Positions 41,558 through 50,289 are shown, counted from the first letter of the stretch. The stretch: 64,000 bases of DNA from Armatimonadota bacterium (GCA_038207085.1 JBBRAE010000012.1:10446-74445), one strand, 5' to 3'. Translations and numbers: made by a program. The notes: generated from the letters alone by a model not told the origin.

Positions 41558-42673
41558 TTGTTGGACCCACGGATGAAGAAACTCGCTGATCTTTTGGTCA
41601 GTTACTCTGCAAAGGTAAAGCCTGGCGAACGGGTGCTTGTAAGCAGCTACGAGATCCCCTCGGATATGGTCGTGGCGCTCGTCAACAGAATCGCTCTGGC
41701 CGGTGGAATCCCCTTTGTCGAGACGATAGACCAGCGAGTGATGCGAGCAATCTATATGAATGCGACCGAAGAACAGATGAAGGTCCTCGGCAAGACAGAC
41801 CTTGAGTTTATGAAGGAGATGCAATGCTTCATCGCACTTCGAGGCGCAGGCAACATCACGGAGATGTCCGACGTCCCGGACGAGCGGATGAAAATCGCAC
41901 AGCAGCACTGGCTGAAACCCGTGCTCGACTACAGGGTAAACCACACCAAGTGGGTGGTCTTGCGCTGGCCGAGCCCGTCGATGGCGCAGCTTGCGGGGAT
42001 GAGCACGGAGGCGTTTGAGGACTTCTACTTCGACGTCTGCACGCTCGACTACGCCAAAATGGCGCGTGCCGAGGAGCCTCTAAAGGAGCGAATGCTCACC
42101 GCCGACCGGGTGAGAATAATCGGCCCGGGAGAGACCAACCTTGAGTTTTCGATCAAAGGGATCGGGGCGATCCCCTGTGTCGGTGACCGCAATATACCCG
42201 ACGGCGAGGTCTACACCGCCCCTGTCCGTGACAGCATCAATGGGGTGATCCAGTATAACGCGGGGACGATCTACCGGGGGAAAGCGTTTGACAACATCAG
42301 GCTCGTCTTCAAAGACGGCAGAATCGTCGAGGCGACAGGCTCGGACACGAAGGCGCTAAACGAAGTGCTCGACACCGACGAAGGGGCGCGCTACATCGGT
42401 GAGTTTTCCATCGGTTTTAACCCCTACATCAAGCGGCCTATGCGCGACATTCTCTTTGATGAGAAGATCAATGGCTCGATCCACTTCACGCCGGGACAGG
42501 CCTACGACGAGGCTGACAATGGCAATAAGAGCAAGATTCACTGGGATATGGTGATGATCCAGACCCCGGAGTACGGCGGCGGGGAGATCTATTTCGACGA
42601 CGAACTGATCCGAAAAGACGGTCGCTTCGTGCCGGATTATCTGCAATGCCTGAATCCCGAGAACCTCGTGTAG
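41558..42673 (+). CDS. Aminopeptidase, family M29 (AmpS/aminopeptidase II)
   Basis: DPR..KLA.LLV.YS..VKPGE, NIPDGEVYTAP, GEFSIG.N, LFDEKI..SIH..PG..Y, S.IHWD. Confidence 0.92.
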   Translation: MLDPRMKKLADLLVSYSAKVKPGERVLVSSYEIPSDMVVALVNRIALAGGIPFVETIDQRVMRAIYMNATEEQMKVLGKTDLEFMKEMQCFIALRGAGNITEMSDVPDERMKIAQQHWLKPVLDYRVNHTKWVVLRWPSPSMAQLAGMSTEAFEDFYFDVCTLDYAKMARAEEPLKERMLTADRVRIIGPGETNLEFSIKGIGAIPCVGDRNIPDGEVYTAPVRDSINGVIQYNAGTIYRGKAFDNIRLVFKDGRIVEATGSDTKALNEVLDTDEGARYIGEFSIGFNPYIKRPMRDILFDEKINGSIHFTPGQAYDEADNGNKSKIHWDMVMIQTPEYGGGEIYFDDELIRKDGRFVPDYLQCLNPENLV

Positions 42674-42784
42674 CCAAGCGCTACCGGCTTAACACATTAT
42701 CCCATCTGATCTTTAGAGCTGGTTCGGCATATGCCTGGAAACGGTACAAAGACACCAAAAAGCACCGATAGCCAAAACAAACAA

Positions 42785-42816
42785 ACCGAGGCGCTTCCAA
42801 CGGGAAGCGCCTCGGT
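42785..42816. terminator. Bidirectional stem-loop between convergent genes
   Basis: ACCGAGGCGCTTCC / GGAAGCGCCTCGGT perfect 14-bp stem. Confidence 0.75.
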
Positions 42817-42844
42817 ATTATCTAAAGATCGTTTTGGGATTCCC

Positions 42845-43864
42845 CTACTGGATCTTTCGTTCCACCATATAGACTCTGGCTCCAAGCGACCTCCATCGGA
42901 GGTTGGTGCTGTTTGTGAGCTGATAGAGCGCGTCGTCCACGGTTCCGCTCGTCACTGTGACATCGCCGATCACCCGGTTGATATCACCGTTTACAAGAAT
43001 GACCGCGCCAAACGCTCCGCTGATCTCCTGAAGAGCCGAGTAAAGTCCGAGCTTGTCGATCTCTACGCTGCCCTTGGGAGCGGCGCTGCCCTGGCTTGGT
43101 CTCATAGGAATAAATACCACCTCGGCAAACGACCGATTGCGGTGATCCCAGCGCACGAGCGCAGTCGCCACGCCGCTTGCATCGGTGCTCTGTCCGAGGA
43201 CAAACGGGACAACCTGTCCGCTCTCGGTCACGTCACCTTCGAATATCTGGCGGGCTCCGGCCAAACCGTCGGAATCGAAACTCGGACGCCCTGGCTCCAT
43301 AATATAGACAGAAACATGTTTTCCGGTCGCGTCCTGCGACTTGATGAGCAGCTTGAACACGCTCCATCCGCTGCGTGAGCTTGATGATTCAAGCCCAAAG
43401 CTGAGCCCGCTTTCAAGCCATGCCATACCCGGCTCTACGGTGTTCCATTTGGCTGTCTTTGCAGGTTCGGCGACCCTATTGAGGCCCAAACTTGCGCCGA
43501 CGTAGTTCTTGACCGGGCTTACAACCACCGCGCCAAGCACTACAGCAGCCGCTGCAGCCGCAAACGCTCTGGTTGGAACTTTTGACGCGACCAGATCGCG
43601 GAGAGTTCTTCTCCACCAGCTGGCGGCGGCCTGTTCGGCCTCGCGCCGCGCCTGCACCTCAGCGACGACACCGTAAGCAAAGCCGACGGGCGGCTCCACC
43701 TCGGGCAGCGTCTCCAGCATCTGCCAAGTCATCCGAAACACGCTGTACTCTGTTTCACAGTCCGGGCACTCCGCCAGATGCCGCTCGAACGCGACAGCCA
43801 TCGGACGCTCCAGAGCGCTTTCCAGATGCTCAGAAAACAGTTCTTGGGCTTTATCACACTTCAT
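42845..43864 (-). CDS. Zinc-binding (zf-HC2/ZAS) transmembrane anti-sigma factor
   Basis: MKC....L..HL...L......HLAECPDC; one TM; directly downstream of the ECF sigma. Confidence 0.88.
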   Translation of the reverse strand: MKCDKAQELFSEHLESALERPMAVAFERHLAECPDCETEYSVFRMTWQMLETLPEVEPPVGFAYGVVAEVQARREAEQAAASWWRRTLRDLVASKVPTRAFAAAAAAVVLGAVVVSPVKNYVGASLGLNRVAEPAKTAKWNTVEPGMAWLESGLSFGLESSSSRSGWSVFKLLIKSQDATGKHVSVYIMEPGRPSFDSDGLAGARQIFEGDVTESGQVVPFVLGQSTDASGVATALVRWDHRNRSFAEVVFIPMRPSQGSAAPKGSVEIDKLGLYSALQEISGAFGAVILVNGDINRVIGDVTVTSGTVDDALYQLTNSTNLRWRSLGARVYMVERKIQ

Positions 43865-44030
43865 AAATCGTTAGCCTCCAAGCCGCTAACCTTGTGCTTT
43901 CGACTGGAGTCTTACTACCATGCCGTAAGCTAACATTGTCACATCCGACTGACGAGCAGTCGGCTCGCCTGCACTATGCAGACGCACCAGACGCCCATAA
44001 TCTCTCACTCTTCCAACATGATTGACTGCG

Positions 44031-44630
44031 CTACAAGTTGAAAAGTTCCCTCACGGGTTCAAGTTTTTCTTTAAGTGCCAAACGAGCTCTATTTAAGCGT
44101 GACTTCACGGTCCCGATCGGAAGTTTCATAATCTGGGCGATCTCTTCATAGGACTTGTTCTGGGTGTGGTAGAGGATCACCATCATCCTCTGATACTCCG
44201 GGAGGTCCTGGATCGCGCTGCGGAGCAGGGTGTCGCGTTCGCCGGTCTCGGCTATATGGTCTGGGAGCGGGCCGGGGTCTTCGATCTGGCGCGTGACGGT
44301 GTTTTCCTCAAGCTCGATATAGTCCTCAAGCGAAGTGTGCATGTGCGACTTCTGCTTTTTACGTTCGTCGAGGAAGACGTTGGTGACGATGCGGTAGAGC
44401 CATGTGGTGAAGTTTGCGTCGCCGCGGAATGTGCCGATGGCGTTGAAGACCCGGATAAAGGCTTCCTGGGCGACATCGTGGGCGTCGTCGTAGTTTCCGG
44501 ACATGTGGTAGGCGAAGTTAAAGACCCGCTTCTCGTACATCTGCACAAGCTCGTTAAACGCGCCGATATCACCCTGCTTACATCTCTGTATCAGGGCAGC
44601 TTCAACGATCTTTTTATCCGGGTCCATCAT
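44031..44630 (-). CDS. ECF sigma-70 factor (RpoE/SigW-like)
   Basis: GD..AF..LV..Y, DA.D..QEAF, F.TWLYRI..N, SYEEIA.....PIGTVKSRLNRAR. Confidence 0.93.
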   Translation of the reverse strand: MMDPDKKIVEAALIQRCKQGDIGAFNELVQMYEKRVFNFAYHMSGNYDDAHDVAQEAFIRVFNAIGTFRGDANFTTWLYRIVTNVFLDERKKQKSHMHTSLEDYIELEENTVTRQIEDPGPLPDHIAETGERDTLLRSAIQDLPEYQRMMVILYHTQNKSYEEIAQIMKLPIGTVKSRLNRARLALKEKLEPVRELFNL

Positions 44631-44670
44631 CCGCGTAGCCTGGGGTCGCGTATCAGGCAGAGTTGCCTGA

Positions 44671-45180
44671 TCATCTCTTGAGTTCGCTTGCCCGTCGAAG
44701 AGCTTCCTTCTCCTCGTCCGAAAGCGTGCTCTGAGATCGACCCACTGTGATCTCCTTGGCATACACGCGCGAGTCGTTTCGGCTGTAAAGGTTGCTTATC
44801 ACGACTCCGCTCAATTCCCTGTCGAGCAAAGCAAGCGCAAAGCTCTGTTCGCCTCCCACGTCCGGGAAGGCGTCGAACTTCACGAGCCCCACTCTCTGGA
44901 TGCTCCGCGCAAGCGACTGGTCAAACGACTCTTGCACGCCTGCGAGCTCGGCAATCCGCATGTCAGATCCATCAAGCCTGCGGGTCCACTCGTCGATGTC
45001 CCAAAGCGGTGACGCGCCACCTGAGGCCGCCGCCTTTCCCACTTTCCTCGCGAGTCTACCCACTTTGGCGAGCAAGAGCAAGTTACAGATTACAAGAATT
45101 GCTGAAAGCGCGGATAGAATGAAGATAAACGCGGTTTCGTTCGCACGAATGAAACCGTTGACGGTATAAACCCAGTCCAT
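44671..45180 (-). CDS. DUF4446-family membrane-anchored protein
   Basis: N-terminal TM; QRVGLVKFDAF.DVGGEQSFALALLD, SR.YAK.I, LS.EE. Confidence 0.8.
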   Translation of the reverse strand: MDWVYTVNGFIRANETAFIFILSALSAILVICNLLLLAKVGRLARKVGKAAASGGASPLWDIDEWTRRLDGSDMRIAELAGVQESFDQSLARSIQRVGLVKFDAFPDVGGEQSFALALLDRELSGVVISNLYSRNDSRVYAKEITVGRSQSTLSDEEKEALRRASELKR

Positions 45181-45292
45181 AATTCCCCGTTCTCCTATGC
45201 TGGGTTCATTATATCATGGCCGAGCTTGTAAAGGTAGTGTAGTCTGCAAGCTCCGTAAAAATAACAGGGCAAAGAAGTGACACCAGTGTTTA

Positions 45293-45326
45293 GCACACCG
45301 GGGAAGCAGCAGCTTTCCCGGTGTGC
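45293..45326 (-). terminator. Stem-loop after rsgA
   Basis: GCACACCGGGGAAGC / GCTTTCCCGGTGTGC. Confidence 0.6.
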
Positions 45327-45339
45327 CGAGGCGAGATTT

Positions 45340-46413
45340 CTAGCCGTACTTTTGCTTCATTATCTTGCCGGCCTCTTTGTGGATCTTCTTCCATTTAGCT
45401 CGATGGGCGGCCTCGGCGCCTTTGTCCTGTTTGCGGGCAAGGTAGCCGAGTTCTTTTCCCATCTTCTGGAAGTTCTCGAAGCGGGCCGGGTCAAGGCCCC
45501 CATCATCAAGTGCCTGCCTGATGCGGCATCCGGGCTCACCACCGTGAGAGCAGTCGGCAAACCGACAGCCTTCGGCGAGCCGAACGATGTCTGCAAACGC
45601 GCCGGAGAGGCCTTCGTCGACCCCCCAAAGTCCAAGCTCACGCATCCCAGGCGTGTCGATCACGAGCGCACCGGACGACAGAGCAAACATCTGCCGGTGG
45701 GTAGTCGTGTGGCGGCCCTTGCCGTCGTCCGAGCGGACTTCCTGAGTGCGCTGGGTCGTTTGCCCCAAGAGGTAGTTGATTATGGTCGATTTGCCGACTC
45801 CCGATGAGCCGACAAGCGCAAGCGTCTGACCGGGCCTCAGATACTCATCGAGCACTCCCAAACCGACCCCTGCGATGGCGCTTAGGGCGTGGACGGGAAC
45901 GCCGGGAGCCGACGCCTCGACCTCAATAACCCGCGAAGCGACCTCGTGGCAGACGTCGGACTTGCTAAGAAGCACCACCGGACGCGAGCCGCTGTCCCAG
46001 GCAAGCGTGACGTACCGTTCGACGCGGCGCAGGCTGAAGTTGTCATCGAGCCCGACTACGATCAGCAGGGTGTCGATATTTGCCGCAAGAGGCTGCTCGC
46101 CTGTGCTCTTTCCCGCCTGTTTTCGGGAGACTTTGCTCGTGCGCGGCAGCAACGCGTGAATGACGGCGTGCGGGTCGCACTCGTCCAATATCTGCACGGC
46201 GACCCAGTCGCCTACTGTTGGCAGGTCGCCCCGCGTGTCGGCATCGAAGTACATCCGACCCGACGGCACAGCAGGCATCTCGCCCAGTTCCGTCCAGACG
46301 ACAAACGAGTTCTTGTGCTCAAGAGAGACGCGCGCGGGGACGAACCCCTGTGGGTGATATATACGGAAACTATCGGCGAAGAAAGGCTTCCAGCCGAGTA
46401 TATCGAGCTTCAA
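45340..46413 (-). CDS. rsgA: Ribosome small subunit-dependent GTPase A (long form)
   Basis: OB fold VGDWV, ANID, SKSD (G4), GSSGVGKS, GRHTTT, DTPGMRE, CRFADCSH..EPGC. Confidence 0.95.
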   Translation of the reverse strand: MKLDILGWKPFFADSFRIYHPQGFVPARVSLEHKNSFVVWTELGEMPAVPSGRMYFDADTRGDLPTVGDWVAVQILDECDPHAVIHALLPRTSKVSRKQAGKSTGEQPLAANIDTLLIVVGLDDNFSLRRVERYVTLAWDSGSRPVVLLSKSDVCHEVASRVIEVEASAPGVPVHALSAIAGVGLGVLDEYLRPGQTLALVGSSGVGKSTIINYLLGQTTQRTQEVRSDDGKGRHTTTHRQMFALSSGALVIDTPGMRELGLWGVDEGLSGAFADIVRLAEGCRFADCSHGGEPGCRIRQALDDGGLDPARFENFQKMGKELGYLARKQDKGAEAAHRAKWKKIHKEAGKIMKQKYG

Positions 46414-46440
46414 TTCCTGGTTCCTCCATTATAGGTACAC

Positions 46441-46474
46441 AAAAAAACCGCAAGCATAACCGTCGCGCCTGCGG
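46441..46474 (-). terminator. Intrinsic terminator in the rsgA leader (attenuator)
   Basis: Minus strand CCGCAGGCG...TGCTTGCGG followed by T7, 27 nt upstream of the rsgA start. Confidence 0.75.
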
Positions 46475-46524
46475 CCTGTGTGCAAGAGAAACCCCTGCCT
46501 AAATAAAAGCTGATGTGGGAGGCT

Positions 46525-46590
46525 CTAGCGGGCTCCGCCCAGGCGCGACGAGTGATCCAGTATTCTCGATATCTCAAACACAGCGACCAT
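46525..46590 (-). CDS. Leader peptide (uORF) MVAVFEISRILDHSSRLGGAR upstream of rsgA
   Basis: AGGAGG RBS 6 nt before the ATG; 21 codons; lies between the promoter and the terminator. Confidence 0.65.
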   Translation of the reverse strand: MVAVFEISRILDHSSRLGGAR

Positions 46591-46619
46591 ACGCCGCCTC
46601 CTTTCGGGACATTTTTATT

Positions 46620-46647
46620 ATTATACCACCAATAAGCGGGCAGTCAA
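46620..46647 (-). promoter_or_regulatory. Sigma70 promoter of the rsgA leader
   Basis: TTGACT-N16-TATAAT with extended -10 TG. Confidence 0.65.
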
Positions 46648-46721
46648 TACCAAAACTGGCATGGTGATCGCTTTTTCTGCTAAAATTGAATTGCATTTGA
46701 ACAAGAGGACTGGAGATACTG

Positions 46722-47357
46722 ATGAACCCTGAACTTTTCACGCTTCACCGACTGACCGCAGGAATGCTTTACCCACCCTTTGGGCTGCAGCCGGTCGATG
46801 TCAACCGAATATATGCCGCGATCACGGAGCGCTACCCGTATCAGTCGCTTCAGCACCTGCCCGACGGCGCACGGATGGCTAACGCCGAAAACGACTGCTT
46901 TATCCAGCAGACACGTATACAGATCAACGAAACCGTGCAGCTTCATTTTGAGGCCACCAAGCAGAAATGCGTCGATATGTTCTCAGTGATCCAGAACCAT
47001 CTCCACATCCCACAGTTTATGACATTTGGAATCAAGCTTACGTCGCTTCTGCCGATGGAGCAGACTACGAACGCCGCGCGGTTCGTCGAGAACAACATGC
47101 TCCCGGAGGTCACCCGCAGGCTCGATATGCTCGGCGAGGGACGCGAGGGAGTCGGGCTCAGACTCATAATGCACAGGGAAGCGGTTTACGAGCTCAAGAT
47201 CGAGCCATTTTTCGGCGATCTGTCGCAACTCTACGTGGAGCTCGATGTGCAGCACACGAACCCGTTTGCCGACCTTGCAATGGTCCCGACCTGGATGGAC
47301 TCGGCTTACAACTACCTGTTTGGCGAAGTGAAGAACTTTATCGGAAGCTTTGCCTGA
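46722..47357 (+). CDS. Hypothetical protein (211 aa)
   Basis: GGAG RBS; globular-looking ORF; abuts the next gene. Confidence 0.75.
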   Translation: MNPELFTLHRLTAGMLYPPFGLQPVDVNRIYAAITERYPYQSLQHLPDGARMANAENDCFIQQTRIQINETVQLHFEATKQKCVDMFSVIQNHLHIPQFMTFGIKLTSLLPMEQTTNAARFVENNMLPEVTRRLDMLGEGREGVGLRLIMHREAVYELKIEPFFGDLSQLYVELDVQHTNPFADLAMVPTWMDSAYNYLFGEVKNFIGSFA

Positions 47358-47377
47358 CGCGATCGACCCAAAACCCG

Positions 47378-48334
47378 ATGCGCACCATCACAGTGATTCT
47401 TGCAGCACTGATCCTTGCCGGGGCGCTTCCCGCGCAGGAGGCACAACTCAGCCGCGAGCAGATTATCGCCCGCTGCCCAACGCTCGCTCGTCTGTTTGAA
47501 ACCGGGCAGGTCCATCAGCTCCAGGACCCTGTATTCTCCGACCCGGCGGAGGCCAAATCGTTTGGAAAACTCTGTCGAAAGGTAGTCGCGGAGCTCGATG
47601 AGGTGGCGCTGCTTCCCGGAGATATGACGGAGATCAGGCAGAAGGCAGAGCTAGTCGGCGAGTTTCTGCAGGGGGACGCCTATGATCTGTCGACCTCGGA
47701 AATTGGATCGGTCATCAAACTTCGGGAATGGGTGAAGGTCGCGCCACCGGAGGGACTCGTATACGTCCGCAAGTATCAGGAGGGAGACAAGGTCCCGGAG
47801 CAAGTCTCACAGGCGTTTGCACAGATGTCCGAGCGTCCTGATGGAGCAAAAGTTCAGGGGATTACAATTTACGGCCGCTACATCGCCGTGCTCCACTCCA
47901 AGTATCATGATGAGCTCGTCGACACCATCGCCCACGAACTAGTCCACGCCTACATCACGCTCGCCTCGCCCCGTCAGCTGCCGAGATGGTTCCAGGAAGG
48001 CGCGGCGGTCTACTTCTCAACGGGCAAAGACACCAAGCTCTACGGAATAACCGGTGACCCCGTGATGAGGCAGGTCACACTCCCCGAAGACTACAAGACC
48101 CGACTCTATTCCTTTCAGTATATAGAAAAGAAAGCCGGAAGGCCGAAGCTTTTCCAGTTTGTGCGCGACGCGGTCGACACCGGCAAGCCCAAACCACGCG
48201 AGGCGCTCGGGCTCGCGCAGCCGCCGAAACCGTTCAAGCCGCCGATATTTTTGATCTCATGCGTGGTCGGGGGAGTGGCGATTCTCTTTGGCGGCGCATG
48301 GTATATCTCCAACCGCCGCGAGCTTGCAGACTGA
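47378..48334 (+). CDS. Exported, C-terminally anchored HExxH zinc metallopeptidase-like protein (clan MA)
   Basis: Signal peptide from ATG 47378; HELVH...PRWFQEG.A.Y; C-terminal TM. Confidence 0.75.
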   Translation: MRTITVILAALILAGALPAQEAQLSREQIIARCPTLARLFETGQVHQLQDPVFSDPAEAKSFGKLCRKVVAELDEVALLPGDMTEIRQKAELVGEFLQGDAYDLSTSEIGSVIKLREWVKVAPPEGLVYVRKYQEGDKVPEQVSQAFAQMSERPDGAKVQGITIYGRYIAVLHSKYHDELVDTIAHELVHAYITLASPRQLPRWFQEGAAVYFSTGKDTKLYGITGDPVMRQVTLPEDYKTRLYSFQYIEKKAGRPKLFQFVRDAVDTGKPKPREALGLAQPPKPFKPPIFLISCVVGGVAILFGGAWYISNRRELAD

Positions 48335-48722
48335 CCCTGGAAAAATCTTAAGGTTGCTTAGGTTTTAACGGACAGACGTTGAGGTATATCTTAAATAGAC
48401 GAGGTCGTAGCCTGGTCTAACAAGAAAGAGTCTCCAAATCTGCAGCGCGCAAGCAGATCCCCTGGTCGCCTCCAAACGGCCAACAGAGCAAAGTGTGAAG
48501 TGGAAAGTGAGACACTTCCCCGATCCCCCCGCCACTTTCCACTTCCACTTGCCCTCACCATACTTCCCCCTATGTTTGCCCGCAACACATGCTAGGGTAC
48601 TAAGCAAAAGAGAGTTTCTCCTCTGTCGAAGGAACGCTCGACAAGAGAGACACGTCCAAGCATGCAGAGTCCGGGAAAGTCTGGACAGACTCGGGGGCGA
48701 CAAAGTAAATGGAGAGCATACA

Positions 48723-49103
48723 ATGGTCCGAAGTATAATTCAGACCGCCCTAGTCGCCGTATTTGCGGTGATAACAGCTGGCACGTGCCAGAATACGCTT
48801 GTAGAGGCGGCGACGCTGGGCGTCGGGGTGATGATCCCACCCCAACCCACGCAATATCCGGCGCAGCTTTCGTTTGAAAGAGACATCAAGCCGCTCGCCG
48901 ACTCGCACTGCAAGGAGTGCCACGGCGAGATTATGTCCGACTACGCAAATATCGCATCCAAGAAATACATAACCCCCGGCTCGCCTGACCAGAGCCGATA
49001 CTATACCAAACCGACCGGCAAGGCAAGCCACGGCGGCGAATCGGCATGGAGAGACAAAGCCGACACCATCAGAAATTGGATCGAGACCGGAGCGGCGGGC
49101 TAG
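48723..49103 (+). CDS. Small exported monoheme c-type cytochrome (planctomycete cytochrome c-like)
   Basis: Hydrophobic N-terminus; SFERDIKP....CKECH...PGSPDQS...IRNWIETGA. Confidence 0.75.
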   Translation: MVRSIIQTALVAVFAVITAGTCQNTLVEAATLGVGVMIPPQPTQYPAQLSFERDIKPLADSHCKECHGEIMSDYANIASKKYITPGSPDQSRYYTKPTGKASHGGESAWRDKADTIRNWIETGAAG

Positions 49104-49801
49104 GCCTTGCCCCTCCAGCACTCTTCTCTTCTTGAGCCGAGCGCGGCGATGACCAGGTCGGCGATGCCCTCGGTTCCGAAACAGTCGGCTACTGCCATCA
49201 GGTCATAGGCGAGTGGCTCGTTGATATCCTTGCCGTAGACGCTCTTGATAAAGGCTGCGCGGTCACGATCGGAGGCTCGGATGCGGTGACAAGCCTCGTC
49301 TTGGGTCAGCCCTTCGAACTCGACCAGGTTGCGGACCCTCAAATCCTCGGAGGCGATCACCCTCACGCTCAGGGCGTCAGGCAGAATGAAGTTTGCGCCG
49401 CGCCCGACAATCACCGCGTCGCCGTGCTTTGAGATCGACAAGAGCGCGCGGGCGAGGTGTCTCTTATAGAGGAACCCACCGGCGTCCGGCTGACCGGCGA
49501 ATATGCGGGCGAGTTGCTCGATGTCGGAGACGGTGTGCTCGTCGAACGCTTCAACGATCCGGCGGCTGACGTAGGCGTCGTTTGCAACGGCGTCGACCAA
49601 GTTCTTGTCCCAAAGTGTATAGCCAAGTTTTTGGGCTAGCTTCTCGGCCACGAGCTTGCCGCCGCTTGCTAGTTGACGGGAGATGACGATCGTCGGCCCG
49701 TGCGGAAGCGCCGGCTCTGTACCAGCGGACTTGGCCGCCTCACGGAGTATGGACGAACGATAGACCTGTTCGTCGACCAGTCGAACTATGTTGTTTGTCA
49801 T
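49100..49801 (-). CDS. Cytidylate-kinase-like family protein
   Basis: ISRQLASGG..VA..LA..LG....D, VIVGRGANFIL, D..R, YDL. Confidence 0.85.
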   Translation of the reverse strand: MTNNIVRLVDEQVYRSSILREAAKSAGTEPALPHGPTIVISRQLASGGKLVAEKLAQKLGYTLWDKNLVDAVANDAYVSRRIVEAFDEHTVSDIEQLARIFAGQPDAGGFLYKRHLARALLSISKHGDAVIVGRGANFILPDALSVRVIASEDLRVRNLVEFEGLTQDEACHRIRASDRDRAAFIKSVYGKDINEPLAYDLMAVADCFGTEGIADLVIAALGSRREECWRGKA

Positions 49802-49925
49802 GTTCGCTCCCCTTTCCTTTACATGTTATATGTATATACCCATTCAAGGTCAGGGGTTCATTCACGTGTGGGGGCAGTTGGCAGAAGAAAACTTACAGAG
49901 CACAATTTAAGCCAAAACCTGGCAA

Positions 49926-49942
49926 TTGGCACAGTTCTTGCA
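49926..49942 (+). promoter_or_regulatory. Sigma54 (-24/-12) promoter, copy 1
   Basis: TTGGCAC-AGTTC-TTGCA; GG-N10-GC spacing exact. Confidence 0.85.
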
Positions 49943-49952
49943 GTATATATAA

Positions 49953-50055
49953 GTGAGAAGATAATTCTCTTTTTCTCCTTCCTAAAAATGTGTTGTGAAT
50001 TAAGACCGCGGCTGGCCCGCGGACCCGGTGGTGAAAGCCAACCGGGTATTTTTTT
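49953..50055 (+). ncRNA. Putative sigma54-dependent small RNA, sibling 1 (about 103 nt)
   Basis: Predicted +1 12 nt after the GC; conserved core; CCGCGG hairpin; terminator ACCCGGT-GGT-GAAA-GCC-A-ACCGGGT followed by A and T7; no ORF. Confidence 0.75.
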
Positions 50056-50143
50056 GTCTGGGCAGTGGCTTCAAGCGTGCCCACCCTGCTCCAAATGCCT
50101 CTGTGTAAAAATATTTTTCAAATTCCTGTAAAAACTGCGAGCA

Positions 50144-50160
50144 TTGGCACGGGTTTTGCA
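50144..50160 (+). promoter_or_regulatory. Sigma54 (-24/-12) promoter, copy 2
   Basis: TTGGCAC-GGGTT-TTGCA; GG-N10-GC spacing exact. Confidence 0.85.
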
Positions 50161-50170
50161 GTATATATAA

Positions 50171-50279
50171 GTGAGAAGATAATTCTCTTTTTCTCCTTCC
50201 TAAAATGTGTTGTGAATTAACCGAAGGGACGCAAGTCCTGGAGGACCCGCAGAACTCCTAGTCCTGCGGGATATTTTTT
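50171..50279 (+). ncRNA. Putative sigma54-dependent small RNA, sibling 2 (about 109 nt)
   Basis: Same 5' core; GGGAC-GCAA-GTCCT hairpin; terminator CCCGCAG...CTGCGGG followed by ATA and T6; no ORF. Confidence 0.75.
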
Positions 50280-50289
50280 GTACCAGCTA

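Noticed and set aside
48401..48472. tRNA-like or ZTP-riboswitch-like sequence
   Set aside because: No cloverleaf, T-loop or CCA end, and the conserved riboswitch nucleotides are missing
49953..50003. Minus-strand AGGAAGGAG as the RBS of a small ORF
   Set aside because: No start codon at suitable spacing, and the promoters and U-tailed terminators are all plus-oriented
49925..50220. The direct repeat as a CRISPR array or transposon end
   Set aside because: Only two copies, a 78-79 bp unit with a 139-bp gap, no cas or transposase gene, and the unit is explained by a promoter plus RNA core
50221..50279. c-di-GMP-I riboswitch (GGGACGCAA resemblance)
   Set aside because: Lacks the upstream GGCAAAC/GAAA hairpin and the pairing partner, and there is no downstream same-strand gene; it folds as a simple GCAA-tetraloop hairpin
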